From assembly GCA_030264375.1 (NCBI GenBank), contig JASCQW010000061.1, positions 91,518,400-91,582,399 of the forward strand: DNA of 64,000 bases. The letters run 5' to 3'. The translations under genes and the position numbers were made by a program. The notes under the pieces were generated by a model. That model had not been told where the DNA came from and ran no database searches. It saw nothing but the letters and a program-made list of their open reading frames with translations. This document shows, piece after piece, positions 1 through 11,954 of the stretch (the first letter of the stretch is position 1; every line of letters begins with the position of its first letter). Origin of the DNA: Carcharhinus longimanus. Lineage: Eukaryota.

Positions 1-224
1 ATCAAGATTAAATCTTTGATGTATGGTAGGTATAATTTGTGTGGGTGTTTTTAATATTTATGCCATATGTGGGTGTCATGATGAATGCTGAAGAACTGCA
101 GTCTCATAATTAAACTGCAGAAGCTCCAGTGCTACTATTCCACATGATCTGATTTGAAAAGCTACTTGGTTAGACTTTACATTTAACTGGGAAACGGGAC
201 ACACGACATTGCTCGGATAATTAT

Positions 225-600
225 AAATGAGAAAACCCATTCACCCAGTTTATCCATCTAGAAGAACTCAAAAGCCTCTACATGGCAGAATCCAATTGCT
301 TCTTAAATGATTTCAGGGTGCTTCTTTCTGGATTCTATCTGGAAGTATAGGTGCCATGTATTGATAATTCTTTAGGTGAACAGCTTCCAGATATCAATCC
401 TAAATTTGCATTTTACTAATTCAAAATCACCCCTTTGTCTTATTCTTGCAATTTAATTAACATAAATTTTCTAGATTACCTTTTTTGTACCATTGCATAT
501 CTCCAAGATTATCTCAGATGCCTTCTTTCAAGGTTCAAAAGTTCAGCCCATAGTTCTCCAAACTTCCCTCTTAACACAAGCTTCAATGCTAGGTTCTCTT
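225..600 (-). mobile_element. Degraded CR1 LINE 3' fragment
   Basis: Diverged similarity to the reverse complement of the CR1 3' end (ccaattgcttcttaaatgatttcaggg..., ttctttcaaggttcaaaagttcagcc). Confidence 0.5.
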
Positions 601-817
601 ATAACCTGGTTGCATCATACATCAATATAAAGAATTGGAGCCATTCTCTTGCCATAGGTTGCAGTGGTTAATTTAAACTTACCTCAAAATTAGTGCTGTG
701 ATCAATAATTACTTGAGTTCTGACCCTGATAACTAAACCAGTATTTTTAATGAAATGTCATTTTTAAAAAATATTTCAATTAATTATATTAAGCAGTTTG
801 AATTAAAAGCAGATCAT

Positions 818-985
818 GGGCAGGATTTTCTGCAGCCACCATGGCGTGTTTCAGGACCAGTGGCAGGATCTTCTGGCCCATCACTGTCAATAGGAATTCT
901 AGTGATAGGCGCCCCCCTCAAGCGCCGGGGGGGCGGGGTGGTGGTGTTATTCGACATCAGTGGGACCAGAAAGTCCTGCTGATGG
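818..985. mobile_element. GC-rich foldback MITE-like remnant (possibly PIF/Harbinger-derived)
   Basis: It starts gggcaggattttc. Internal inverted arms gcaggatcttctggcccatcactgtc and gacatcagtgggaccagaaagtcctgc stand out as GC-rich in an AT-rich background. Confidence 0.45.
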
Positions 986-1199
986 ACTAAATAAAGTTAG
1001 ATAGTTCAACCGTCATTATGATTTATAAGATAAGGAATTTGTGTAAAGCATCTTGTGGAATTTATCTTTTGAGGGAATGAACAAGTGAAATGCAGAAAAG
1101 CCTAATATTGTAAACTGCTAGTATTTACAATGTATTGAACTATATAAAAGAGTTAATTTCACTGAGAAACAGCTCTGTAATATGAATATTCAATTTAAA

Positions 1200-1362
1200 T
1201 ACTTGATTTGATTTATTAATGTCACATGGATTAACAGTGAAAAGTACTGTTTCTTGCATGCTATACAGATAGAGCATACTGTTCATAGAGAAGGAAACAA
1301 GAGTGCGCAGAATGTAGTGTTACAGTCATAGCTAGGATATATAGAAAGATGAACTTAATGAG
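1200..1362 (-). mobile_element. 5'-truncated Rex1/Babar LINE 3' tail
   Basis: Highly similar to 26275-26432 (shared cagaatgtagtgttacagtcatagctagg), which is contiguous with Rex1-type RT coding sequence. Confidence 0.75.
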
Positions 1363-1869
1363 ATTGAATTAGAGCATTGTTAGAGTTTAAAAGAATTAGA
1401 ATGAAGATTTAGAAGCATAGAACAAGAGTACTTGGAATTTATCCTTTAATGTGTAATGCTGTATATTCAATTATATTCCACTGAATGGCTTTTGTTCATT
1501 ATTTCTACGAACTGAATAAATTAAATCAATAACAAACATACCAATTTTGCATGTGCTATTTAAATTCATGTTATTTTCTTAAAAGTACCAGTAGCTGTTA
1601 AGTGCAAACCTGATCTAAAAGAGAGGCACAAGTGAATTTTTCAAAAAATGCATCACAGTATTGTGATAATTCACCCAACTCTGCCTTCTGCAAATTTTGT
1701 AAAATTACAACAACCATTGGAGATTACAGTAAAACTTCAACTGTCCATCTTTTTAACCATCTGCAAGGACAAGCCAGTGCTAATTTTCAGCAGCATTCCC
1801 CTCCATTTATCCCGCTGGCAAGAGCAGTTAGTGCTGCACAGTTGATCTGTTGCCTTGCAGCTGACTCAC

Positions 1870-1941
1870 CCATCTGCCTCTGGCAGCATAAAGAGATTCA
1901 GTCAAAGCCACTTCAGATGCAAGCCATGGCCATCTTCCCAT
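1870..1941 (-). CDS. MTSS1: Candidate alternative internal first coding exon of MTSS1 (MGRWPWLASEVALTESLYAARGRW)
   Basis: The ATG at 1941 is in strong Kozak context (aggATGg), with an in-frame TGA five codons upstream. 24 codons are followed by a consensus donor TGG|GTGAGT in phase 0, the phase needed to join the next MTSS1 exon. No transcript evidence is available. Confidence 0.55.
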
Positions 1942-2223
1942 CCTTGAACAGAATCAATTGCTAACGGTGTGCCCTCATCTCCACCAATCCCATTTGCAGC
2001 TTCAGTGGCACTAATCTTGGCTTGAAGTTCCGCTTGTTTAAATGCATTTTCTTCGGCATGAATGGATGCATACAAGCACAGTCTATACTGATTTTCAAGT
2101 CTCTCTCTCAGCTGAAAGTTCTGCACTGCTCGGGCTGAGCTCACTTTACCTTTCAACTCCCAACTGAGTGATCGGTGTTGGGAGCACTTCTGGCTGACTG
2201 AGTTTCAGAGGTGCATGAAATAT

Positions 2224-2560
2224 GGGACAGCACAGTGGTAAGCATTGCCATCTCACAGCGCCAGGGACCCAGGTTAAATCCTGGTCTTAGGTCACTGTTT
2301 GTGTGAAGTTGCACGTTCTGTGTCTGTGTCGGTTTCTTCGGGGTCCTCTGATTTCCTCCCACTCTCCACAAGTCGTACTGGTTAGGTGGACTGGCCATGC
2401 TAAATTGCCCCTTAATGTCCCAAGATGTGTAAGTTAAGGGGATTAGTGGGGTAAATATGTGCGGTTACAGGGATTCGGATGAGATGTTCTTTCAAGAGTC
2501 GGTGCAGACTCAATTGGGCCGAATGGCCTGTTTTTGCACTGTAGGAATTCTATGATTCTA
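2224..2560 (+). mobile_element. HE1-like tRNA-derived V-SINE with CR1-type tail
   Basis: tRNA-like head (cacagtggtaagcattgccatctcacagcgccagggacccaggttaaatcc), V-core (ggccatgctaaattgcccctt) and tail gggccgaatggcctg...gcactgtaggaattctatgattcta. Confidence 0.85.
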
Positions 2561-2996
2561 AATTTCAGTGGAATATAACTGACGACAGAGGAATAGGTGG
2601 TAAGAAACAGATTATTCAAAGTTTGGAGCAGCAATTAACAGCATTATTTTGATGATTGTGCAGGGGTGAGAAAAATCAAGTCTTCTCCATTACAGTGTAT
2701 AGTAAAAACTCAATTATCTGCCATCAACTTCTTAACCTGGCCACCCTGCAATTCTGTTACACAAAGTATTTTTTGGTGTTGGTACAAAGAACTTGAGGGA
2801 GTTTTAAAAATCTGGCGTAATGAATATTTAAGTCTTTGTACGAATGACAGAAAACAGTTNNNNNNNNNNNNNNNNNNNNNNNNNNNNNNNNNNNNNNNNN
2901 NNNNNNNNNNNNNNNNNNNNNNNNNNNNNNNNNNNNNNNNNNNNNNNNNNNNNNNNNNNACTGCATTTTGTTATTCTCATTTTTGTAACAAGTTAC

Positions 2997-3435
2997 AGCC
3001 ATAGTTCTGTAGTAACACGCTGACTCCTAGTCAGAAGGCATGGGTTCAAAGTCTGCGCCAGAAGCCTGAGCACGTGTTCCACATTGACATCTCAGTACAT
3101 TACTCATAATGTGCTGCACTATCAGAGATGTTATTATTTGGATAAAATGTTAAACCCAGGCCCAGTTTGTTCTCTCAAGCGGGTACAAAATATCCCAAAG
3201 GCAGTTATGAAGAAAATCAGGATAGGTCTCCATGTTCTAGTTAATATTTATCCCTCATCCAATGTTACTAAAACAGATTATCTGGTCTCACTGTATCTCA
3301 TTGGTGCAGTGTGCAAATCAGCTTCTGTATTTTCCTACATTAGGAGTGATTAAAACTTCAAAAACATTAACTTGCTATAAAGTGTGAATGAACTTCCTAA
3401 GATTGTGAATGGTGCTATACAAACACAAGTGTTTT
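2997..3435 (+). mobile_element. Deu-domain SINE (SacSINE1/AmnSINE-like)
   Basis: tRNA-like head (tagtcagaaggcatgggttcaaag), Deu-like core (aatatttatccctca...aaacagattatctggtc) and L2-like tail (gtgaatggtgctatacaaacacaagt). Confidence 0.7.
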
Positions 3436-3662
3436 GTTCCCCTATAAAGGAATTAAGCATGCACAAAATTATAGCACAATGATGAATATAATTTTGTTTC
3501 CAACAGAAATAAGGAATAGATTTAGAATCCAAACACTGGGGTAAAATGAAGAATCCCTNNNNNNNNNNNNNNNNNNNNNNNNNNNNNNNNNNNNNNNNNN
3601 NNNNNNTTAAAGCATTTCAGAAAACATCCTTTCTGATTAAGTGGAGCAGGAAACAAACTTAC

Positions 3663-3820
3663 AACCACTGGTCGTAGCATGGAAACAAAAGCACAGAAGC
3701 GACTGCGTTCTTCAATGAGGGCTCTACGGACAGCTTGTTTTTCTGTCTCTTCTAGTAGAAGATATTTATCATTTACATCTTGCAAAGCACTGTCCAGCTG
3801 GGGTTGAATGTCTCCTTTTC
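3663..3820 (-). CDS. MTSS1: MTSS1 coding exon (exon 7 equivalent, 158 nt)
   Basis: atcttttcAG|ga aaa gga gac ... gtg gtt|GTaagt translates GKGDIQPQLDSALQDVNDKYLLLEETEKQAVRRALIEERSRFCAFVSMLRPVV. DKYLLL and SMLRPV match MTSS1 rather than MTSS2 (DMYLLL, TFLQPV). It ends in phase 0. Confidence 0.97.
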
Positions 3821-3904
3821 CTGAAAAGATAGAAATAATGATTAATTTCAAGCAAGTAAATTAATGACTTTCACTTTTATCCTCTCTTGGCCATCCCAAC
3901 ATAT

Positions 3905-4465
3905 TAACACCGAAGAATCCTCTGAACTTTCAGCAGGTCAGGTGAATGTTTCAGGAATAGAGCCATTATAGTTTTGATCCACACCTGAAATGTTATCTGG
4001 TCTATTCTTTTTCCGCACATTGACAAACTTGAGGATTTTTAATAGCTACTGGTTTTGTTTCATATTTCTACACTCTGCAGTATCTTATGTTAATTAAACC
4101 ATCAGAGATTTGCGATGAAATCTGGGTCCTTCCGAATTGACAAATTCTGCCTGTAAGCTCCCCCCTACCTACTTTCTTTGCCTGTTTCAGGTTTTCTCTT
4201 ATTTTCACTTTCACACAGTAGCACATTTGCTCTAGTAACTTTTTTTGTTTATTTTCTTGCCCTATCACTATTCATTTCCTTTACCTCACAAGATTAACCC
4301 AAAAACAGGCTTCTCCTTTTGTCCTTGTACCCCCCTCTTGCTAAAAATCCATTCCATCTTTAACTTTTCCCAGTTGTGATGAAATGTCATTGGCCTGAAA
4401 CTTTCCTTGCCCACAGATGCTGTTCCACTTGCTGAGTATTTGCAGCATTTTGTTTCTTATTCCTC
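3905..4465. mobile_element. Degraded Penelope-like terminal-repeat fragments
   Basis: 4372-4460 (gtgatgaaatgtcattggcctgaaac...cacagatgctg...gctgagtatttgcagcattttg) resembles the copies at 27678, 48520, 51199 and 62836; 3905-4085 is a more decayed foldback copy. Confidence 0.5.
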
Positions 4466-6849
4466 CTTGGTCAGTGTGGTTTAAAAATTAGCAGTTTGAT
4501 TTTGTGAAGGGCAATTTTTTCTTTAAATTTCAGATTTGGTATTAGAAGAAAAATCTAAGACGTACATGCAAGTTTGTGAAAATTGTTTACAACTTAATGT
4601 TCATATTGTTATGGGCATGTAGACAATTCAATTTATAAATTTATATTCTACAATTTTGAGCTTTTCAAGATTTCTGCTTCCTCTGTTGCGTTTTTGGATG
4701 TGCCATCAGGCACTCGGTCTTTCTCATTTCTTCTTTGAATTTATAGCTTGTGAACAATTCTTTTTGTTATGTAGATCACAAATGACATTTTAGAACAGTA
4801 CTACAGACCAAGTAAACAAACACTGCTCACTAGGAAGATGAATTAATTGGTGCCATTTGCCTTTGGCTAGCTTTTCCTTTACTTGAACCCCAACAAAATT
4901 TAAACACTTGCAGCAAATCTATGACTGAAGTAATAAAATAAAATGTATTTTGGTATTCAAGGTTCAACACCCCTTAAAAATAAAAAAAAATAAAAAAGCT
5001 TTTTATTCAGAAGTGAAATACATAGGCAGATGAAAACTTAATGACCAAATGACTGATACAAATTTGATTCTCAAACCTTGTTCAGTTTAAATGTTTCATC
5101 AGGCTTTCTGGTTTTCCTACAGCCAAAATTAATTGATTTAACTATTTCATGCATGTTACAACTATTTGCTTCCACATTGGAAAATATTATGCTTTTCTCA
5201 ACCCTCCCTAAAGCCCATCATCTTTCTACAACGCATAAAAGTGATAAAACAATATTTAGATAACATATTTCAGTCGATCTGAAAGAGCCTACGTTGGCAG
5301 AAATAAATGTCCAATTTTGTGCTACATATCTTACCATTTCAGGAAACAAAACACTTGCTTGCATTCAAATATTCTTAGACATTCAGCAAATGAGCAAGGA
5401 TAATGGACCTAGAGATTTTTTCAGTAAAAGGTCTAATACGTTCAGTTATATAAATACCAGTTTTCACACGATGAAGCCAACTTTTGATATCTTACTGAGA
5501 AATGGAAGGATGTTAAAACTGATCATGAACCGGACTACAATGCTTTCAAAAATGCAAACTTGCGCTCCCTTCCCAACCCATAATCCATTATGAAACGCCA
5601 AAAGCATACCCAAATGTTTCAAGTAAATGCACAGTCATAAACTAGGACAAGACATCAGTAACATGCTTAACCAATGTCACAAATTATGGTGCCTCTAAAA
5701 TTCAATCACTGGTACAATAATACTTCAGTGCACATCCACTCACAGAACATTTAAGATAGTGCAGTAGGAACAATTAACCACAAACAAGGCTACTACACAG
5801 ACATTTACTTTGGCGGGTAGGAAGTGTGCTGGGAGAAAAAAGGAAAAGGTACAGGGGTGTTTCAGCTCCCTTTGCCTCGTAAAACCAATCGAAGTGGAAG
5901 TGGTTAGAAGTAAGCCCACTCAACCTGGTTGTAGCAGCAAAATGATTTTATTGAATGACAAATAGATAGTGTAACTACATTTACTTCAGAATTGGCTGAG
6001 CTGAAAACAAAACAAGATTGATAGCATTGTATGCTGTCTATTGGAAAAGTAAATTTGTCAGGCAGAAGAAACAGGAAGATTTGTAAAGGATTATGATGCT
6101 AATGAGAATATTTTCCATCCTAATGCTATTCCTGCCCAGAATGTAATCTTTCCTCAGGTCATCACGGTTGCAGACTCTTCTTGGCAGATCTTTTGTTCAA
6201 AACGTTGGACACTAAACAATTCTGGTACTCAAGACATTTTTAAATTGGACAATGATTTCTACAAGTTAGAATTCTACTGTCATCAATAAAATATGCTCTT
6301 CTAAATGCTTTGAAAGACAGTCATTAGATCATATTATAACTTTTTAATTAAATAGATCATAAAATGATGTGAACATCAATGGCTTTGAATTACAAGCATT
6401 GTAGAATTATCTTTTCTGAGTCACTTTTACTAGAATATTTGGCTTTTCAATTTTTCATAACACAAGATGCTAATATAATGACAGGCAAGTACAGACTAAG
6501 CAAACAACTTTAGCCAACAACTTTGTAACATCTCTCAGAATATGTAGAATTCACTACTCACATCAGAAAATTTTAAATCAAGTCCCTCTAGGTTTTTCAG
6601 CCTATACACAACATGCAAACTCAAATATAATTTCTCTTCTGTCCAAGTCTGAAGTCCTTGTGGTTTGTGAGGTTATATCACTAGTATTTTATGGAAATTA
6701 CATCAAAATTGAAAAAAGTTCCAACCAGTCTGTTTGGAATTAGCTGATCTCAGTCCCACTGACAGAAAAAGCATCACAGCTGTTCTCAATATTGCCGTGT
6801 TAAGAGTTCTATGAGAAATGTATATGTAGGTAAACAAAATATCACTTAG

Positions 6850-8495
6850 GAATGGCTCCTGTAGATTGGAAGGTGGCAATTGTAATTCCACTATTTAAGA
6901 AAGGTGGGAGAGAGGAGAAATTATGCAACTACAGACCAGTTAGCCTAACATTAGTCATAGGGAAAATGCTAGAATAAAGGAGACAAAAACAGGACACTTA
7001 GAAAATAATGATAGGATTGGACAGAGTTAACATGAATTTATGAAAGGAAAATCATTTTTAACAAACTTGGAGGTTTTGAAGATGTTACTAGCAAAACAGA
7101 TAAGGGAAAAGGTATATTTAGATTTTCAGAAAGTTTTTAAGGTTTTGCACAAGAGGCTGGTAAACAGAAGTGGAGCATGTGGGATTGGGGGAATATACTG
7201 GCATGGATTGAGAACTATGTAATAGATAGAGAACAGTAGGACTAAACTGATCATTTTCAAGTTGACAGGCAAGTTTGTGGGGTACCGCAAGGATCAGTGC
7301 CTAGATCCCAGCTGTTCACAATCTATATCAATAATTAGAATGTGGGGATTAGGGCGGCATGGTGACATTGTGGTTTGCACTGCTGCTTCAGAGTGCCAGG
7401 GACCTGGATTTGATTCCTGTCTTGGGTCACTGTCTTTGTAGAGTTTGCGCATTCTCTGTGACTGCGTGGGTTTCCTCCCACAATCCGAAAGATGTGCTGG
7501 TTAGCGCACTGGCTATGCTAAATTCTCCCTCAGCGTACCCGAATAGAAGAGTGGCGACTAGGGGTTTTCAACTTCAGTGTGAATGTAAGCCTACTTGTAA
7601 TTTTTAAAATAAACTTTAAATGTAATAGTTCCATATTTGCAGCTGACACAAAACTAGGTGGAAATGGAAGTTGCAAGGAGAATGCCAAGATGCTTCAAGG
7701 GGATTTGGAGAGGCAAACTAAATGGGAAAAAAAAATTGGCAGATAGAATTTAATGTGGGGAAATGCAAGGTTTAGTTAAAAAAAAACAAAGAATATTCCT
7801 AAAACTGAGGGGGTCTAGGACGTGTTGTACTTCAAAGGGACTTGGATGTCCTTGTTCATGAGTCCCTGAAAATTAAATGCAGATACAGCTAACAATTCAA
7901 TGAGCAAATGATGTTGGCCTTAATTATAAGAGGATTTGCGTACAGGAATAAAGTTAAGAGTCTTGGTGAAGCTGCATCTGGAGTAGTATACAGTTTTGGT
8001 TTCTGTCCCAAAGGAAAGGTGTAGTGACTATAGAGAAAGTGGAACGAAGGTTCACCAAACTAATTCCCGAGATGGAAGGGTTGTCCAAAGGTGAAAGCTT
8101 AACTGGACTTGGCCTTTATTCTCGGAAAGAATGAGACAGAGACGATCGCATTCAAGCACACAAAATTCTTACCGGCCTTGACAGGGTAAATGCAGGAAGG
8201 CAGTTTCTGTTGGCTGGGGGAGTTGAGAACCAAGGAACAGAGTCTCAGTATAAGGGGCAAGTCATTTAGGATTGAGAAGAGAAATTTCTTCACTCAGAGG
8301 GTCAGAAATCAGTGGAATTCTCTGTCCCAGAGGGCTGTGAAGGCTCAGTCATTGAGTAGATTTAAAAACATTAGTGGATATGGAAATGGTGCAGGAAAAT
8401 GGTGTTTGAGTAGAAGATCAGTCTTGATCTCACTAAATGGCAGAACGTGCTCAAAGGGTTGAACAGCCTACTCTTACTCCTATTTCTTATGCTCC
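6850..8495 (+). mobile_element. CR1 LINE, decayed RT plus 3' end, interrupted by a SINE
   Basis: Translatable motifs PVDWKVAIVIPLFKKGG, NYRPVSLT, VYLDFQK, GVPQGSV, FAADTKLGG and RNFFTQRVRNQWNSL. The 3' tail is cctactcttactcctatttcttatg. Many frameshifts and stops. Confidence 0.9.
7352..7617 (+). mobile_element. V-SINE, alternative-tail subfamily, inserted in CR1
   Basis: Head gggcggcatggtgacattgtggtttgcactgctgc; core gctatgctaaattctccctc; tail gtggcgactagggg...tgtaagcctacttgt...aataaacttt. CR1 sequence resumes on both sides. Confidence 0.85.
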
Positions 8496-9726
8496 AGGAT
8501 TGGCTGTGAAGTCCCAAACAGCTTGCTGAGACTCAAGGTCAGGCATGAATAATGGATAAGATACCATACAAAAGCCACTGATTGGCACCTAATACAGCTG
8601 TATTCAGCAAGGTCAGTGCCTTGGAAGGTGGAAAAAATGGCAAGGGGAAAATGGCATGAAAGTCAGATGTGAAAAGAACTTTGTCCATTGAACTTTGAAA
8701 CTCTTTCTTCTAGCACATTCAATTTTGTGCCACAGTAACTAATTGTACTTTAAATAATGGTGCTTGGTAGATTTTTCCAAACATTTCTCACCAACTAAAG
8801 TAGTTTTCCTGATATTTGTTCTAAATGTTACCATTCATTCCCATTTTGTTTTGTCTGATTCTACTTCCTTGGTGCTGCTTGAAATAATTTGGGTTGACTT
8901 ATTTACCATTTGAAATTAAATGATGGGATTTGTGTTTTAGTTTATAGACTATAAAGCATATGCTTTAATTATAACCTGTCCTCTTTACACCTGGAGTCAG
9001 ATTTTGACAGTTTCTATGCCTTTTTTGTGTCACAATCAAAAAGTGAACAGAACACTACGTGCATTGCAAAGGCTTAGCATAATAACTTCTAGGGACTTGA
9101 CTTCAGTGTGGCTTATTATGCCCTTGGTAATTAAACTAATTTGGAAACTTTTTTTTAATTTTAATAAAAAAGGTGTTAGAAAATTGAGGTAAGCTTTACA
9201 GCAACACATACTTTTTACATACACCAATTTTATTAGGTTTCATATTCCTTCCAAATTAGTTTGTACTACTTATATTTTCTGCCCTCAAGTCAGATTGCTG
9301 ACCACTGAAAGCTTTGTACGCTTATACTTTGTTCCTGGTGGCAAGAATTTACTAATTTCACAAAACATCATTATTTCGAGTCCCTTTGAGAAAGGATGTA
9401 TAGTTCGGGGGGGGATTTGCCAATTATAAGCTGGTGGGTCCCAAAGCTTTCCCAAGGCCACTTTTGAGCTAACTGTTACTGTCAAAATATTTTTGGAATG
9501 TTACACTGCTTTAAATTGTGCTTTGAGAAATTTGGAGAAGATGGGCGTGTGACTATACACTTTGAAAGTTTTGTTCGTCAGAAAAGCACACTGAAAATTC
9601 AGAAGCACACATTAATAGTTACAAAATCATGAGCAGGGTGCACCTGAATTTCTATGCTGTGTTAGAAAGGCACCCTGCAGAACTCTAAATGATTGTGTTG
9701 GAATTGAATACATTTTTTCTTGACAT

Positions 9727-10040
9727 TTGTTCATGGGACACATGGGATGTCACTGGCTAGGCAAGCATTTATTGCTGATCTCTAATTGTCTTCAAGAAAG
9801 TAGTGATGTGCTACTTTTTTGAATCGCTGCAGTCCGCGTGTTGTACAAAAACCCACAGTGCTGTTAGGAAAGTAATTTCAAGATTTAGATCCAGCGATAA
9901 TGATAAAGTTCCAAAGCAGGAAGCTGTGAGACATGCAGGGAAGTTTGCAGCTAGTACTGTTTCCATGCATCTGAAGCCTTTGTCCTCTGGGTGGTAGAGG
10001 TTGAGAGTTTGGAAGATGTGAAGGTTTGGAAATGGAAGTG
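9727..10040 (-). mobile_element. 3' end of a second CR1-clade LINE family
   Basis: gggatgtcactggctaggcaagcatttattgc...ctaattgtcttcaagaaagtagtgatg is the same family as 35720-36740. Confidence 0.65.
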
Positions 10041-10955
10041 GACATAAGAACACTTGAACATATGATTAAGCGAGGATATTGTACAATTTACAGTTTGAAA
10101 ATCTGGGTTTGGTAAATTAATACAAAAGTTCAATCTAAGTTTTTTGTTGATTGATGAGTCATTTGTTACAAGCAAGTAGTTATACGAGGTTGAGTAGAAT
10201 TAAGGATTTACATCAAAATGATCCAGCAGCTAGCGGCAAACAAGATTAACAGCAATCTAATAGTTGGTCAAATCACATCTTTCAGATATCATAACTATAA
10301 GGTGCTGGTGAACACGAATGCAAATTTTTAAACTCTTTAGGAAAGCATTGCACTGAAGTAAAGTAAAATGTTTTTGGGATTTTATTAAATTCCTTCTTGA
10401 AAATTTCACTTAGTCAATGCAAAATTCATACAGCAAGTCAAATCTTTCACCATCATAATCCTTTACATATTGTATTTATATAATTTTGACTTATTAATTA
10501 TAAAATGTCTGGTTTTATAGCTACCCAACTCCTCTTAAATATTGCTATAGTGCATATGTTTTCTGGGCAGTGGTTTTCATTCACATTGTAGATGATAGTA
10601 CTTCTTTCACTGCATCAGGTTTGTTTTTAATGATGGTACAGCAGAACAGATATTGTACAGTGTATTCATTTCAAAACAAAGGTGCCAGCATAAAACACTG
10701 AGATAATGGAAGTTTTTTTTGTGATGGTGGGGGGAGGAGAGGAGAGAGGCAAAGGGAAGAAACAGACTGGCAGTTACTGGTGAATAAAATTTATACACAT
10801 GTATCCCACAAAAGGGTTTAATCACCAGCCAGCAGGGTAGANNNNNNNNNNNNNNNNNNNNNNNNNNNNNNNNNNNNNNNNNNNNNNNNNNNNNNNNNNN
10901 NNNNNNNNNNNNNNNNNNNNNNNNNNNNNNNNNNNNNNNNNAGAGCTCAACGTAC

Positions 10956-10967
10956 CAAAAACATCAG
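10956..10967 (-). CDS. MTSS1: MTSS1 12-nt alternatively spliced microexon (adds A-D-V-F between KKAKK and GKGDIQ)
   Basis: Minus strand: long poly-T tract ...ttttgctgtgccatatcttctgctAG|CTGATGTTTTTG|GTacgt. It is phase 1 to 1 and frame-preserving, and lies in the intron where the known 4-aa MIM long-isoform insert (recalled as VDTL in human) is encoded; Asp at position 2 is shared. Confidence 0.85.
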
Positions 10968-11954
10968 CTAGCAGAAGATATGGCACAGCAAAATTTGATA
11001 CAAAAAGGAAAAAAAAATAAGTCAAACTAATCTTCATGGTGTTATGCACAATATCTGCATCCACTTCTGCGCCAATTCACAAGTGTACATGCAAACCCAT
11101 ACTTTATTTCAATAGAACTACGAGATTGCAGACTTGAGTTACATTTGTGCTTGGTTACACTGTCCCACAAGGTTGGAAGTTAGGATATGGTGTATTAGTT
11201 TATAATCTGATAGTATACAGTTAACAGCACAATTAAAATCTCAATCATTGTGTTGCATTTGTGATATACCCACTCACAGCATTTAAGGCCAATCACTTCA
11301 CAAGTATCTTTATAACCAACAATTGATGCCAACAGCTGAGTGACGTTAATTTAACAAGGTAAGAGTCAACATAAGAAAGTCATACACAACAATTAAATGT
11401 TAAGGTAAAGTTGAAAATGAATCATCCTTAAAATACAAATCACAACTCATATTAAGCCTAATTTATGCTTAGTGTATCATTCAAATGTATTTAAAAGCAG
11501 AAATAAAGCAGAAAGTTAGAAGATTTGATGGAAATTTATTTCAACACTAGTTGACTTTAAACGAAAGTAAAGATTCACCTTATAGCCACTTATACACACT
11601 TTTGGTCAGCTTGTTGAGAATAAATTTTGGTGATATAAATTCACAAGAATTTAACACAAACAAATTAGTGTTAACAAATAAAGGCTCTATTATTTTCTTG
11701 CAAGTTAATATTTTCAGAACCCCACAATTTCTAAATTTATCAAGATTTAAATAAACTGCAAGTTTAAAACAAAAGATGGAATTTGTATCAACACATTATT
11801 AGAAGCTGCAGTTGTTAATTTAGAAAAGTATCTCTAAAAAGATCAGAAAATATAGAACTGCAAAAATTAAATGTAAAGGCTGTTGTCTATTATATTTCAA
11901 TTCCAACTATAATTTACAATTCTTACTGATGAACTGAGAAAATTTTACGTAAAG

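Noticed and set aside
1-1860. Search for the next MTSS1 exon (EEEISMLGEITHL)
   Set aside because: Not found; presumably left of the window.
1902-2156. 84-aa ORF (KGKVSSARAVQNFQLRERLENQYRL...) that looks protein-like
   Set aside because: It starts at TTG, has no recognisable homology, and overlaps the better-supported ATG/donor exon in another frame; probably 5' UTR or intron.
2224-2290. tRNA-like sequences here and at other SINE heads
   Set aside because: These are SINE A/B-box heads continuous with core and LINE-derived tails, not intact tRNA genes.
3522-3851. 109-aa ORF as a standalone gene
   Set aside because: Only 3663-3820 is exon; the rest is read-through into intron and an N gap.
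5609-5643. Possible small cassette exon (cctag|tttatg...tttgg|gtatgc)
   Set aside because: It is 32 nt, frameshifting and contains an in-frame stop; there is no other support.
6728-6800. gtctgtttggaattagctgatctcag, with similar words near 25630 and 48900, resembling an ancient SINE core
   Set aside because: Too short and decayed to assign a family or boundaries by eye.
11046-11066. ag|tggatgcagatattg, resembling a VDA.. microexon
   Set aside because: There is no GT donor at a frame-preserving distance and no pyrimidine tract. The 10956-10967 candidate has all the signals.
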